Origin: a bacterium
Lineage (GTDB): Bacteria > CG2-30-53-67
Length of the DNA: 48,283 nucleotides
Assembly (NCBI GenBank): GCA_024277725.1
Contig: JAJRUP010000013.1
Span: forward strand, 1 to 48,283
Reading direction: 5' to 3'
The notes beneath the pieces are model-generated. The model was not told the DNA's origin, made no database searches, and saw only the letters and a list, made by a program, of their open reading frames with translations. A program made the translations under genes and the position numbers. Positions 17,596 to 27,794 of this stretch are shown piece by piece (the stretch's first letter is position 1; each line of letters begins with the position of its first letter).

Positions 17596-17705
17596 TTTCT
17601 ATCTTTTCTCTTTTGCCTTCTCTCTTTCCATTTCCTTAGTTTTGCTTTTCTCTGTGTTCTCTGCGAGCTCTGTGGTGATTGCTTTTGTTTTTATCTTCTT
17701 CCGGT

Positions 17706-19094
17706 TCATCCGTTGGACCAATCGACCGGGAATATCTTCCCCGGATTCAGAATCCCCTGTGGGTCGAGGGCCTCTTTGACCTTCTGCATGGCGGAAAGAA
17801 GGGGAGGGGCGATCTCCATCCCGATGAATCTTGATTTGACCATGCCGATACCGTGCTCCGCCGAGATCGTTCCTTCCAGGCGCAGCACCTCCCGAAAGAT
17901 CTCCACCACGCAGGCCTCCGCTTCCTCCTTCCGGGAGGCCTCGGTCAGGATGTTGACGTGGAGGTTCCCGTCGCCTGCATGGCCGAAGGTCAGGATCCGC
18001 ATCTTCCTTTCCCGTGCCAGTGCCTGCAGGTAATCAAGAATCTCCGGAACCCGGCTGCGCGGTACGGCGATATCCTCATTGACCTTGGTCAAGCCCATGC
18101 GGTTGATCGCCTGTGAGATGGATCGGCGGGCCTTCCAGAGACGTTCTCCCTCGGTGCGGTCCGCGGCCGACAGGATGTGGACGGCCCCCTCTTCACGGCA
18201 GATCCCTTCAATCCGTGCGATCCCCCGGTCGGTCTCCTCCGGTCCTCCGTCGACCTCAATCAGCAGGTAGGCCGCTCCATGGGCGGGCAGGTCCAGACGG
18301 AACTGCTTTTCCACCGCTTCCACACAGCTTCCATCCATGAATTCCAGGGTGCTCGGAATGATCCGGGCGGCAATCGTCCGGGCGACGGTCCGGCCGGCAT
18401 CCCGGTGGTTCGCAAAGACGGCCAGGGCCGTGCGGCACGTTTCCGGTTTGGGGATCAATCGCAACGTGATTTCCGTCACCACCGCGAGGGTCCCCTCGGA
18501 CCCGACGAGGAGACGTGTCATGTCATAGCCTACGACCCCCTTCACGGTCTTGACACCGGGACGGATGATTTCGCCGGAAGGAAGCACCGCTTCCAGTCCC
18601 AGTACGTAATCGCGTGTGACACCGTACTTGAGGGAGCGAAGTCCACCGGCGCCGGTCGCCACGTTGCCTCCGAGTGTGGAAAATGCCATGCTCCCCGGAT
18701 CGGGCGGATAGAAAAGGTCCATTATCTCTACGGACTTCTGAAAGACCCCGTTGACGACACCCGGCTCGACCACGGCATAAAGGTCTTCCGGAACGATCTT
18801 TTTGATCCGGTTCATGCGGGTCATCACCAAAGAGACTCCGCCTTGCACCGGCACCGAACCCCCGGCGAAACCCGAACCGGCCCCCCGGGGATAGAGGGGA
18901 ATCCCCTCACGGTTGCAGATCGACAGGATCCTGGAAACTTCCTCGGTACATTCAGGATAGAGGATGATCTGCGGTTTGTATTGTACCTGTGTGGCGTCGT
19001 AGGCATGGCTGATGCGGCCCTCGGGAGAAGTGTCCACATCTTCCTCGCCGACGATTTTGCTAAACTCTTTAATGAGATCCGGGCCGATTGTCAT
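17706..19094 (-). CDS. glcD: FAD-linked oxidase/dehydrogenase, GlcD/D-lactate dehydrogenase family
   Basis: PRGAGSGFAGG, YPPDPGS, GSEGTLA, GHAGDGNLH, SAEHGIG and LNPGKIF motifs. Confidence 0.9.
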   Translation of the reverse strand: MTIGPDLIKEFSKIVGEEDVDTSPEGRISHAYDATQVQYKPQIILYPECTEEVSRILSICNREGIPLYPRGAGSGFAGGSVPVQGGVSLVMTRMNRIKKIVPEDLYAVVEPGVVNGVFQKSVEIMDLFYPPDPGSMAFSTLGGNVATGAGGLRSLKYGVTRDYVLGLEAVLPSGEIIRPGVKTVKGVVGYDMTRLLVGSEGTLAVVTEITLRLIPKPETCRTALAVFANHRDAGRTVARTIAARIIPSTLEFMDGSCVEAVEKQFRLDLPAHGAAYLLIEVDGGPEETDRGIARIEGICREEGAVHILSAADRTEGERLWKARRSISQAINRMGLTKVNEDIAVPRSRVPEILDYLQALARERKMRILTFGHAGDGNLHVNILTEASRKEEAEACVVEIFREVLRLEGTISAEHGIGMVKSRFIGMEIAPPLLSAMQKVKEALDPQGILNPGKIFPVDWSNG

Positions 19095-19396
19095 GGTCGG
19101 TTCCTTTGCAGGGTGTTTTTTTAGTTTGAAGACTTTGTGTGCTCACTCAATGGAGAGATCTTAACGCAAATGGGAGGCAACTTGCAAACGGGAAGGTACT
19201 TTATGAGAAATGTCACGAACAAGAACTCTTGCCTGTACCTGGAGGATCTTGGGGGGCAATTCTTTATTGTTGACAAAGGGGATTGTGCTGTGACCTCGTG
19301 GGTCGTGGGAATGAGCAAAGTTCATTAAGATGGTGCATTTGTCAATATCAAGGATTTGATCCTCCGGGGAGCTTTTTCCGTACGTGAGGCTGCCTT

Positions 19397-22300
19397 TTAT
19401 GCGGTCATTTGTGCTTCGTGTCCGTCGTTAAAGCGGACCGAGACCATCTTGGAGACTCCCGGTTCCTGCATGGTAATGCCGTAAAGGGCGTCTGCCTGTT
19501 CCATGGTGTTTTTGTTGTGCGTGATGACGATAAACTGAGTCTTCTCGCTCATCTGTCTGAGCATCTCCGTGTATCGGTTGACGTTCGCATCGTCGAGAGG
19601 CGCATCCACCTCGTCCAGCAGGCAGAAGGGACTCGGTTTGACGAGAAATCCCGCAAAGATCAGGGCCACGGCGGTCAGTGCTTTTTCCCCGCCGGAGAGG
19701 AGTGACAGTTGTTGCAGTTTTTTGCCGGGAGGTTGCGCGATAATCTCGATTCCGGCATCCAGGACGTCCTCTCCTTCATCCAGCTTCAGTTCCGCCTGAC
19801 CTCCCTGGAAGAGGGTTGTGAAAACCTTCTTGAACTTCTCGTTGATGGCATCGAAGGCCTCCTGAAAACGTTGTCTGGAGGTACGGTTGATTTTCCGTAT
19901 GGCGGCCATCAGGCTGTTGACCGACTCCTGCAGGTCTGCCTCTTGTTCCGTCAGGAAGTCGAAACGTTCCTGCAAGGCATTGTATTCTTCGATGGCGGTG
20001 ATGTTGACTGCACCCATCTGGTTGATCTTCCTGTTCAGTTCCTCTAACCGTTCTTCGGCAACCGGTCGGTCGAGTTCCATGTCCAGATAGGAGGGAAAGA
20101 TCGCTGTCAGGTCGACCTGATATCTTTCCTGAATTCTTGCGAGGAGCTGTTCCATCTTCATTGATTGTTCGGTCCGCCGCACGTCGAGGCTATGGAGTTC
20201 CCGGTTGAGCGTTTCCGTTCGTAGGCGCAACTCCTTGAAGGCCTCCTGTTCTTTATGTAACTCGTTGCGTCTCTTTTCGAAGAAATCCTGCTCACGAACG
20301 AGACGGGTGCGGGCTTCCTCCCGGGTGTCGAGAAGGTCGTGGATCCTCGATGCGGCGGCGGTTTTTTCTTCCTCCACCTGGACGATTCGCCTTTGTGCCT
20401 CTTCAATTTCCCGACGGCGGGCGGTGATCAGGTTGTGGAGGTTTTCAAGATTCCGTCGGTTGTTTTCCGCATGGGAATGAAGAGAGGCGCTTTTTTCCCT
20501 GTCCGCGGCGATCCGGACGCGTGCTTCCGTGATGTTTTTTCTCTGCTCTTCGATGCCGGTCCGCAACTCCCCGATTTCCTGCAGGAGGGCTGTTGTGGAG
20601 GATTCCAGCAAGAGCTGTTTTTCCTGCAGATCTCCCAGCTCGCCCCGAAGGACGGTGAGATGCTCTTCCGTGGTCGCAATCTCCAGAGCCCGGGTTTCAT
20701 CCTCCCGCGCAAGACTCTCAATCTTCCGGTCGAGATATTCCACTTCATGTTGGAGGGAGGAGACCTCTTTCTCCTCTTCCCGGCTTGCCCGCTCCATGGC
20801 TTCCAGTGCCGTGAGCTGTTCTCCCTTTTGCTGCCGGATATCGGCGATCTCCTGCTGTAGCCGGTCCCGTTCTTCCACGGTCTGTTGCAGCCGGTTTTTC
20901 AGGGACTCCAGGGAATGGGTGAGTTCTCGAATCTCCCGTTTTCTGCGGATAAAACCGCCACCTTTCTGCCGGGAGATCCCCCCTTCGATCGCACCGGATG
21001 GATCGAGGACCTCCCCATTCAGGGTCACCAGGGTGCGGCGAAATCCGTTTGTACGGAAGAGGGAGACCGCCTGCTCCAGATCCTCCATAACGACAACGCT
21101 TCCTAAAAGATACTCCGCGACACCCCGGTATTCCGGCGCAAAACGGACCAGTTGAAGGGCTTCACCGATAACCCCCGTTCCTTCACGAACGACAAAGGGA
21201 GTGCGATCCTTGAGCTTCGGTTGCAGGGGAATAAAGGAACCCCGTCCGATCTGATGTTCCTTCAGGTGGGCGACGGAGCGGAGGGCATCGTCCAGATCGT
21301 CGATAATCAGGCTCTGATAACGGTTGCTGATGGCCGCTTCAATGGCGGTTTCCACCTGCGGGTCGGTCTCGAAGATATCGGCCACAAAGGAGTGAAAGCG
21401 GGGAAGATCCGGGTTTTGCTCCGGTGTGTGATCTCTGACGAGCGTCCGGATGCCGTCATCATAACCTTCCAGATTTTCCTGGAGTTCCTGAAGGGTTTCC
21501 AGACGGGAGCTTTCCTGGCCGATCTGTTCCCGGAGTTGGGAAACTTTTTCCATGACAACCGTCAGGGCCTCCTGTTTCTGTTCAAGGTGTTGCAGGACGG
21601 CATTGTAGCCGGCACGTGCGGAATCTACGCGGTCTTTGTGGGCACGGAGGGCTTCCTCCTTCTCCGCAAGGCGTTGACGATTCCCGGTGAGGAGCCCCAT
21701 CTGCTCAGTCCGGTTCCGGTCATAACCGCTGTGTTCTTCAATCAGAGTTTCCTGTCGCTGCAAGAGGTTCTCGATCCGGTTCTTCAGAACGCCGATCTGC
21801 TGTTTCAGGTCAAAGAGACGGTTCTTCTCCACTTCCAGGGTCTGTTCCTTTTCATCACGCACGGCCCGTCGGGCATCACAGGCGTTTACCTTTTCCCGGA
21901 GGGCTTCTTCCTCTGCTTCGTTGCGTGCCGAAAGGGCGCGTCGTTCCTCCTCCAGCCGGGCGATATTTTCTTCAATTTCGACGATCTCCTCTTTTAGCCG
22001 GCGGATCTCTTTTTCGGCCCCTTCGCCGACGGAGTGGAGGTGTGCGATGTTCCCGTTTAAAACTTCGATGCGGTTCTCTTCACCGGTGATGTTCGACTCG
22101 ATCTCCCGGACTTCCTCCTGCAGGAGGCCTAATGCCTTTTCCCGGTCGAGCACGTCCAGTTCCAGGTCCTCGATCTGTGTCTCTTTGGCGGCGGAAAGGG
22201 TGAGTAACTCGGTTTCTTCTTTCTTGTTTTTTGCAAACTGCCCTTCCAGCTTATCCCATGCCTCCCGCAAGGAGGAATAGTCGCGGGAGGAGAGATGAAG

Positions 22301-22987
22301 TTCCACCTCCCGGATCTCCTCTTTGTATTTTTTGTACCGTTCGGCCTTCCGGGCTTGACGGTTCAGGGAATTTCTCTGACGGGTAACCTCTGCGATGATA
22401 TCCCGGACACGGGAAAGGTTGTCCTGTGTCCGTTCCAGCTTACGGAGGGCTTCATCCTTGCGGGCCTTGTATTTGGAGATGCCGGCGGCCTCTTCGAAAA
22501 GGTACCGCCGTTCTTTGGGTTTTGCATTCAGGATGGAGGAGATGTTTTCTTGTCCGATAATCGAATAGGCCTTGGCTCCCATACCGGTATCCATAAAAAG
22601 TTCCCGGATATCGCTCAACCGACAGGGGATCCGGTTGATCAGGTATTCGCTTTCACCGGAACGGTAATAGCGCCGTGTAATTTGTACCTCTTCAAAAGCG
22701 GAGAAGTCATTCGTTCCGCTGGGATCGAGGTCCGTCACCACAAGATTCACTTCGGCCATCCCCATGGGGACCCGTGAACGGGTGCCGCTGAAGATGATGT
22801 CCTCCATCTTCTCACCACGGATCTGTTTGGCGCTCTGTTCGCCCAACACCCACCGGACGGCATCGGAAATATTACTTTTTCCACACCCGTTGGGGCCGAC
22901 AATGGCGGTGATCCCCCGTTGGAAATTGACTTTCGTTCTTTCCGCAAAGGATTTGAAACCCGTAACCTCGATGCTTTTAAATCGCAT
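19397..22987 (-). CDS. smc: Chromosome segregation protein SMC
   Basis: GFKSFA, GPNGCGKSN, coiled coils, hinge, LSGGEKAL and LDEVDAPLD motifs; true start MRFKSI at 22987 with GGGAG SD. Confidence 0.97.
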   Translation of the reverse strand: MRFKSIEVTGFKSFAERTKVNFQRGITAIVGPNGCGKSNISDAVRWVLGEQSAKQIRGEKMEDIIFSGTRSRVPMGMAEVNLVVTDLDPSGTNDFSAFEEVQITRRYYRSGESEYLINRIPCRLSDIRELFMDTGMGAKAYSIIGQENISSILNAKPKERRYLFEEAAGISKYKARKDEALRKLERTQDNLSRVRDIIAEVTRQRNSLNRQARKAERYKKYKEEIREVELHLSSRDYSSLREAWDKLEGQFAKNKKEETELLTLSAAKETQIEDLELDVLDREKALGLLQEEVREIESNITGEENRIEVLNGNIAHLHSVGEGAEKEIRRLKEEIVEIEENIARLEEERRALSARNEAEEEALREKVNACDARRAVRDEKEQTLEVEKNRLFDLKQQIGVLKNRIENLLQRQETLIEEHSGYDRNRTEQMGLLTGNRQRLAEKEEALRAHKDRVDSARAGYNAVLQHLEQKQEALTVVMEKVSQLREQIGQESSRLETLQELQENLEGYDDGIRTLVRDHTPEQNPDLPRFHSFVADIFETDPQVETAIEAAISNRYQSLIIDDLDDALRSVAHLKEHQIGRGSFIPLQPKLKDRTPFVVREGTGVIGEALQLVRFAPEYRGVAEYLLGSVVVMEDLEQAVSLFRTNGFRRTLVTLNGEVLDPSGAIEGGISRQKGGGFIRRKREIRELTHSLESLKNRLQQTVEERDRLQQEIADIRQQKGEQLTALEAMERASREEEKEVSSLQHEVEYLDRKIESLAREDETRALEIATTEEHLTVLRGELGDLQEKQLLLESSTTALLQEIGELRTGIEEQRKNITEARVRIAADREKSASLHSHAENNRRNLENLHNLITARRREIEEAQRRIVQVEEEKTAAASRIHDLLDTREEARTRLVREQDFFEKRRNELHKEQEAFKELRLRTETLNRELHSLDVRRTEQSMKMEQLLARIQERYQVDLTAIFPSYLDMELDRPVAEERLEELNRKINQMGAVNITAIEEYNALQERFDFLTEQEADLQESVNSLMAAIRKINRTSRQRFQEAFDAINEKFKKVFTTLFQGGQAELKLDEGEDVLDAGIEIIAQPPGKKLQQLSLLSGGEKALTAVALIFAGFLVKPSPFCLLDEVDAPLDDANVNRYTEMLRQMSEKTQFIVITHNKNTMEQADALYGITMQEPGVSKMVSVRFNDGHEAQMTA

Positions 22988-23211
22988 GACCGGTCTCCCT
23001 TTTTGTAAATTTGCGTGGAGGTATAGCATAAAGCCGATGTAATGTAAAGAGAAAAATACAACAAAATGATCCCCATGGCACGAATACCACAATATCTTGT
23101 GTGATTTGTTCTGCTTATGAACGTCATTGTTTTGAAATAAATATTTTGACATATTCGGAAAAGGATGAAATAATGATTTTAGATACTTGAGGATAACGGG
23201 AGGAGGAAAAG

Positions 23212-23667
23212 ATGGCCCATTTCGCTGACGGATACACACTGGAAGATATTCTTTTGATCACCTCCTTGCAACAAAAAACCGGTGAGCTGACACTGGAGAC
23301 GGATCGTGGTAAGGGGACTCTGCGGTTTCTCAACGGCAATATCGTCGATTCCGATTCGCCGAGTTCGACGGCCATTGGTGATCTTCTGGTTTTGAAAGGG
23401 ATGGTCACACAGCAGGATGTTGAGAACTCTCTGCAAAAGCAGCGGAGCAATCCCAAAAGCGGGAAGTTAGGGAAGATCTTTGTGGAAGAGGGCCGGGTCG
23501 ATAATTACTGTATCCAGACCATGGTCAAGGAACAGATTTTTTCCGCGATCCAGGATTTCAGTACTTGGAAGAATGTCTGTTTTACCTTCCAGGAGAAGGA
23601 GGTCGTCGCTTCCGATGATATCCACGTCAGCCTGACCGACATCATTGACCGGATGGCCGTCGATTAG
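23212..23667 (+). CDS. DUF4388 domain protein
   Basis: LEDILLITSLQQKTGELTL...GTLRFLNGNIV, IGDLLV..G, LGKIFVEEG and W..CFTF pattern; GGAGG SD. Confidence 0.8.
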   Translation: MAHFADGYTLEDILLITSLQQKTGELTLETDRGKGTLRFLNGNIVDSDSPSSTAIGDLLVLKGMVTQQDVENSLQKQRSNPKSGKLGKIFVEEGRVDNYCIQTMVKEQIFSAIQDFSTWKNVCFTFQEKEVVASDDIHVSLTDIIDRMAVD

Positions 23668-23694
23668 CGTTCATCCGTTTTTCGGCTCGAACCG

Positions 23695-23728
23695 ACCTGC
23701 CCGGGAAAGTTTCCGGGCAGGTTTTTTT
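23695..23728 (+). terminator. Rho-independent terminator
   Basis: ACCTGCCCGG/CCGGGCAGGT stem followed by a T-run. Confidence 0.8.
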
Positions 23729-23892
23729 GTCCTGGTCCGGTTTCCCTGCCACGGGGACGTGGAAAAAAAAGATTGTCAAAACTATGATTTTGCGTTATCT
23801 AAGTAGAAAATCGCCGGCTCCCCGGCATCCCATTCCTTTTTGTCGAAGAATGGACGCCGGATATTATGATGTTATTATGGAGGTGTTATACG

Positions 23893-25419
23893 ATGGGTAG
23901 GCAAAAAACTGCAACTTTTCTCTTTGCCGTTGTCATGTCGTTTCTGTGCGGATTGTTGATGTCCGCCTATCTGGGGTGGACCCCGTCTGTTAACGCAGCC
24001 TTTGATTTTTTCAAGCCCCGTGAAGTGGCCCCTCCACAGAAAGAGGCTGCCAGGGAATCCCAAACCTCCCATCCTCTTCCGATCCGTTCGGCGGGGACCG
24101 TCTCTTTCGTCGACCTGGTCAAGAAGGAAAAGCCCGCCGTGGTGAATATCAGCACTACGCAAGTGGTGAAACAGAAGGGGTTTAATCACCCCCGCATGGA
24201 TCGGGGACAAAACCCCCTGGATGAATTTTTCGGGGATGATTTCTTCCGGAGATTTTTCGGGGATCAACCCCCCCGTGAATTCAAATCGAAAAGCCTCGGT
24301 TCCGGTTTCATTATCGACAAGGCGGGATATATCCTGACCAACAATCATGTCATCGAGAACGCCACGGAGATTACAGTCAAACTCTCCAATGAAAAGGAAT
24401 TCAAAGCGGAACTGGTCGGGCGCGACCCCAAAACGGATATCGCCGTCATCAAGATTGAAGATACCCAGGACCTCCCGGTGGTCAATATCGGGAATTCCGA
24501 CAAGCTTGAGGTGGGGGAATGGGTTGTGGCAATCGGCAATCCCTTCGGCCTGGAACAGACCGTAACGGCCGGCATCGTCAGCGCAAAGGGGCGGGTCATC
24601 GGATCCGGTCCTTACGATAACTTCATTCAGACCGATGCCTCGATCAATCCCGGAAACAGCGGGGGGCCTCTCTTTAACGTTCACGGGGAGGTGATCGGGA
24701 TCAACACGGCCATTGTTGCAAGCGGTCAGGGGATCGGTTTTGCCATCCCCATCAATGTGGCCATGGATATCCTGCCGCAATTGAAGGAGAAAGGGAGTGT
24801 CACCCGGGGGTGGCTGGGAGTGATGGTTCAGCACATTACCCCCGATATTGCGGAAAGCATGAATCTGAAGAATATCGACGGTGCCCTCGTTGCGGAAGTT
24901 GTCAAAGGCGGACCGGCGGGAAAAGCCGGTTTGAAACGGGGGGATGTCATCATCCGGTTCGACGGGAAGAAGATCGGCAAGATGCGGGATCTTCCTTCAA
25001 TGGTCGCCTACACACCGGTCGGCAAGGAAGTGAAGTTGGTTCTGCTGCGCAGGGGAAAGGAAAAGACCTTCGTCGTGAAGATCGGGGAACTGAAAGAGGA
25101 TAAGATTGTCCGGCAGGAGGAGGAAGCCGTCGGTGATCTGGGTATCAAGGTCCAGGGGATTACGCCGGAACTGGCCGACTATTTTGATCTGCAAACGGAT
25201 GAAGGGGTCGTCGTCGTCAGTGTGGAGCGATACAGTCCGGGAGCCGAGGCCGGGATCCGGCGGGGAGATATCATCCAGGAGGTGAATCAAAAACCGGTCC
25301 GCACGCTTCAGGACTATCGGCAGGCACTGAGCATGAAAAAACAAGGAGAGCCCTCACTCTTCTGGGTCAAACGGGGATCAAACACACTCTACTTTGCCGT
25401 GCGAAGTGAGAAGAAATAG
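23893..25419 (+). CDS. degP: DegP/DegQ (HtrA) periplasmic serine protease with two PDZ domains
   Basis: LGSGFII, TNNHV, QTDASINPGNSGGPL and RGWLGV motifs; signal peptide; GGAGGTG SD. Confidence 0.93.
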   Translation: MGRQKTATFLFAVVMSFLCGLLMSAYLGWTPSVNAAFDFFKPREVAPPQKEAARESQTSHPLPIRSAGTVSFVDLVKKEKPAVVNISTTQVVKQKGFNHPRMDRGQNPLDEFFGDDFFRRFFGDQPPREFKSKSLGSGFIIDKAGYILTNNHVIENATEITVKLSNEKEFKAELVGRDPKTDIAVIKIEDTQDLPVVNIGNSDKLEVGEWVVAIGNPFGLEQTVTAGIVSAKGRVIGSGPYDNFIQTDASINPGNSGGPLFNVHGEVIGINTAIVASGQGIGFAIPINVAMDILPQLKEKGSVTRGWLGVMVQHITPDIAESMNLKNIDGALVAEVVKGGPAGKAGLKRGDVIIRFDGKKIGKMRDLPSMVAYTPVGKEVKLVLLRRGKEKTFVVKIGELKEDKIVRQEEEAVGDLGIKVQGITPELADYFDLQTDEGVVVVSVERYSPGAEAGIRRGDIIQEVNQKPVRTLQDYRQALSMKKQGEPSLFWVKRGSNTLYFAVRSEKK

Positions 25420-25446
25420 CACCACACTGTTTGTACACAGGATCAT

Positions 25447-25821
25447 TCAATAACCCGGCACCCAGACATTTTCCCAGTAGCCGTTGTCCACGTAGTCCTG
25501 TACATAGTGTCCTTCGATAAACCTGCCGTAGCCGTCATAATGTCCGGGTACCCAGAATCGCCTCCAGCGCTGTTGCGGGATCCATCGCTTCTCATAATGT
25601 CCCGGGGACGGGGCGACTGAGGTATAACCTGCGGCAGGCCGGCAGGTCGGTTGCCCGTAGGCGGGCGGGGTGCTGATCAGGCGGTTCAATAAAAGCATCG
25701 ATGCCGCACCGATCGCCACGCCCTGCCAGCGATGTCGACTTCGGTCTCCCGCCGTGGCCGGGGAGACGAACATGACGCCGACCAGAAGGACGGACATGAA
25801 AAATGCCGTTGTTCTTTTCAT
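25447..25821 (-). CDS. Small secreted protein with glycine-zipper-like segment and aromatic W/Y-V-P-G-H/Y repeats (YXWGXW-like)
   Basis: AAGGAGG SD; signal peptide MKRTTAFF...PATA; repeats PGHY, WVPGHY, IEGHY, WVPGY. Confidence 0.75.
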   Translation of the reverse strand: MKRTTAFFMSVLLVGVMFVSPATAGDRSRHRWQGVAIGAASMLLLNRLISTPPAYGQPTCRPAAGYTSVAPSPGHYEKRWIPQQRWRRFWVPGHYDGYGRFIEGHYVQDYVDNGYWENVWVPGY

Positions 25822-25990
25822 CTTTTCCTCCTTTCCTGGCTGAAAAGGTTGTCCGGTTTCTCCGGGACCCATTGTCTCTTTCAATGAGTTATACGGGAGA
25901 ACCGATTCCTTTATTCATTTTCCGTGGACAGACGCTGCATTTTTGAGTATAAAAGTACTGTCTGACGTAATTTGAAGGACAGATGCCGTA

Positions 25991-26530
25991 ATGAAAACCG
26001 GATGGATCATTCTTGTGGCTTTTTGCATCTGCTTCCAGACCGGTGGGGTAAGGGAGACGGAAGGTGCTGCCATGACATTTGAGATGACCTGTTCGGCCTT
26101 TCAACAGGAAGAACGGATTCCCGTGCAGTACACCTGTGATGGGGAAAACGTTTCTCCGGCGCTGACATGGAATTCTCCACCGGTGGGGACGGCCTCCTTT
26201 GTACTGGTTTGCGATGATCCTGATGCCCCGGCGGGGACCTGGACCCACTGGCTGGTCTATAACATCCCGGCCGGAAGCAGGGGACTTGCGGAAGCCGTCC
26301 CGAAAAAGGAAAGTCTTGCCGACGGTACCCTCCAGGGGATCAACGATTTTAAACGAACCGGTTATGGCGGTCCGTGTCCGCCGGGGGGAACCCACCGTTA
26401 TTATTTCAAATTGTACGCCTTAGACTGCAAATTGGATCTGCCGCCCGGTGCAATCCGAAAGTCGCTGCTTCACGCGATGGAAGGGCATATCCTCGGAAAG
26501 GCGGTGCTGATGGGACGTTATAAACGCTGA
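25991..26530 (+). CDS. YbhB/YbcL family PEBP (Raf kinase inhibitor-like) protein
   Basis: YTCDGENVSP, DPDAP, THW, YGGPCPP and HRYYFKLYALD motifs. Confidence 0.93.
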   Translation: MKTGWIILVAFCICFQTGGVRETEGAAMTFEMTCSAFQQEERIPVQYTCDGENVSPALTWNSPPVGTASFVLVCDDPDAPAGTWTHWLVYNIPAGSRGLAEAVPKKESLADGTLQGINDFKRTGYGGPCPPGGTHRYYFKLYALDCKLDLPPGAIRKSLLHAMEGHILGKAVLMGRYKR

Positions 26531-26547
26531 CGACAAGGATCATCAAG

Positions 26548-27084
26548 ATGGCTTCTACACGAACGAAAATTATTGTTCCTCTCCTTTTTATTGCGGGGCT
26601 CGCGCTGGTTTACATGGTGCAGGAAAACTCCCGGCATGGTGAGAGGGTCCCCGTGGTTGCGGGGACAAAAGCGCCGGATTTTACAGTCCGCGATCTTCAG
26701 GGAAAGGAAGTCATCCTGTCCGATTTTCGCGGCAGACTGGTTTTTCTGAACTTCTGGGCGACCTGGTGCCCTCCCTGCCGGGAGGAGATGCCTTCCATGG
26801 AACGCCTCTACCGGTTCATGAAGGGCAAACCCTTAACTCTTCTGGCCGTCAGTGTTGATACCAATGCCGCAACAGTGGAACGTTTCCGGCGGGCACGGGG
26901 ATATACCTTTCCCATATTGATCGACGAAGGCCAGAAGGCAGCCACGCTTTACCAGACGACGGGGGTTCCTGAGACCTTCATCATCAGCCCGGAAGGCACC
27001 ATTCTCTATAAGATTGTCGGGCCGGAGGACTGGGCGACGGAAAAAAGCCTGACCTTTCTTTCTCAGCTCCTGCCCAAGTTGTAG
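26548..27084 (+). CDS. TlpA/ResA-family thiol-disulfide oxidoreductase
   Basis: N-terminal anchor; LNFWATWCPPCREEMP and GVPETF motifs. Confidence 0.92.
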   Translation: MASTRTKIIVPLLFIAGLALVYMVQENSRHGERVPVVAGTKAPDFTVRDLQGKEVILSDFRGRLVFLNFWATWCPPCREEMPSMERLYRFMKGKPLTLLAVSVDTNAATVERFRRARGYTFPILIDEGQKAATLYQTTGVPETFIISPEGTILYKIVGPEDWATEKSLTFLSQLLPKL

Positions 27085-27180
27085 TCGTTTTGCGGACGTT
27101 TCCACCGTTTTCCTGTTGTCGAACACGATACAGTAATGCACAACCTGCCGTTTTGTTTGGGAAAACGGGTCTATTTCTCC

Positions 27181-27209
27181 TTGACAGGGAAATGGGCCTA
27201 TGCTAAGTT
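27181..27209 (+). promoter_or_regulatory. Putative sigma70 promoter for the ihf-like gene
   Basis: TTGACA-17-TAAGTT with TG extension. Confidence 0.55.
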
Positions 27210-27303
27210 ATTATTAATAAAAAGAAATCAGGCCAATATGCCGAATACCCAAATGTGCATGGGGAACCTTTGGGGTTTCATTTGACAGGGCAAGGAGGAC
27301 AAG

Positions 27304-27582
27304 ATGACAAAGGCAGAGCTGGTTGAGACCGTCGTAGAAAACATCAACGGCTTGACCAAAAAGCAGACGGAAGTCATTGTCAATACGATCTTTGAGAGCA
27401 TTAAAGATGCTCTGGCCCGGGGAGACAAGGTCGAATTGAGGGGATTCGGCAGTTTTAAGATCCGGCAGAGGCAGTCCCGTGAGGGAAGAAATCCGAAGAC
27501 CGGTGAAATGGTGGCGGTGCCGGCGAAGCGCGTTCCTTTCTTTAAGGCCGGAAAAGAACTGAAGATTCGTGTCGATAATTGA
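27304..27582 (+). CDS. ihfB: Integration host factor beta / HU family DNA-binding protein
   Basis: [25 protein letters not shown] and PFFKAGKELK motifs. Confidence 0.85.
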   Translation: MTKAELVETVVENINGLTKKQTEVIVNTIFESIKDALARGDKVELRGFGSFKIRQRQSREGRNPKTGEMVAVPAKRVPFFKAGKELKIRVDN

Positions 27583-27616
27583 GAAAAATCCTTCTCCTCT
27601 TTCTTGGCGGAATCAG

Positions 27617-27645
27617 AACCCGGTCGATTGTTGACCGGGTTTTTT
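27617..27645 (+). terminator. Rho-independent terminator
   Basis: AACCCGGTC/GACCGGGTT stem followed by a T-run. Confidence 0.8.
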
Positions 27646-27794
27646 CGTCGATTGTTTTTATGATAATATTCTATAATTCTGCTTTTTTCTTGACTCAATA
27701 TATTTTTAATGATATTTAGATATTCAAATAAGCTTCTACCATTTGTCTTCGTCGGAGTAAAGAAATCTTGAACATGACTATAGGGAGGTAGATT

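Noticed and set aside
19171-19186. GG-N10-GC sigma54-like motif TGGGAGGCAACTTGCA
   Set aside because: Poor -24 match and no plus-strand gene downstream.
22988-23239. 84-aa N-terminal extension of SMC in the ORF track
   Set aside because: SMC homology begins at MRFKSI (22987) with its own SD; the extension crosses an AT-rich divergent promoter region and overlaps the DUF4388 gene.
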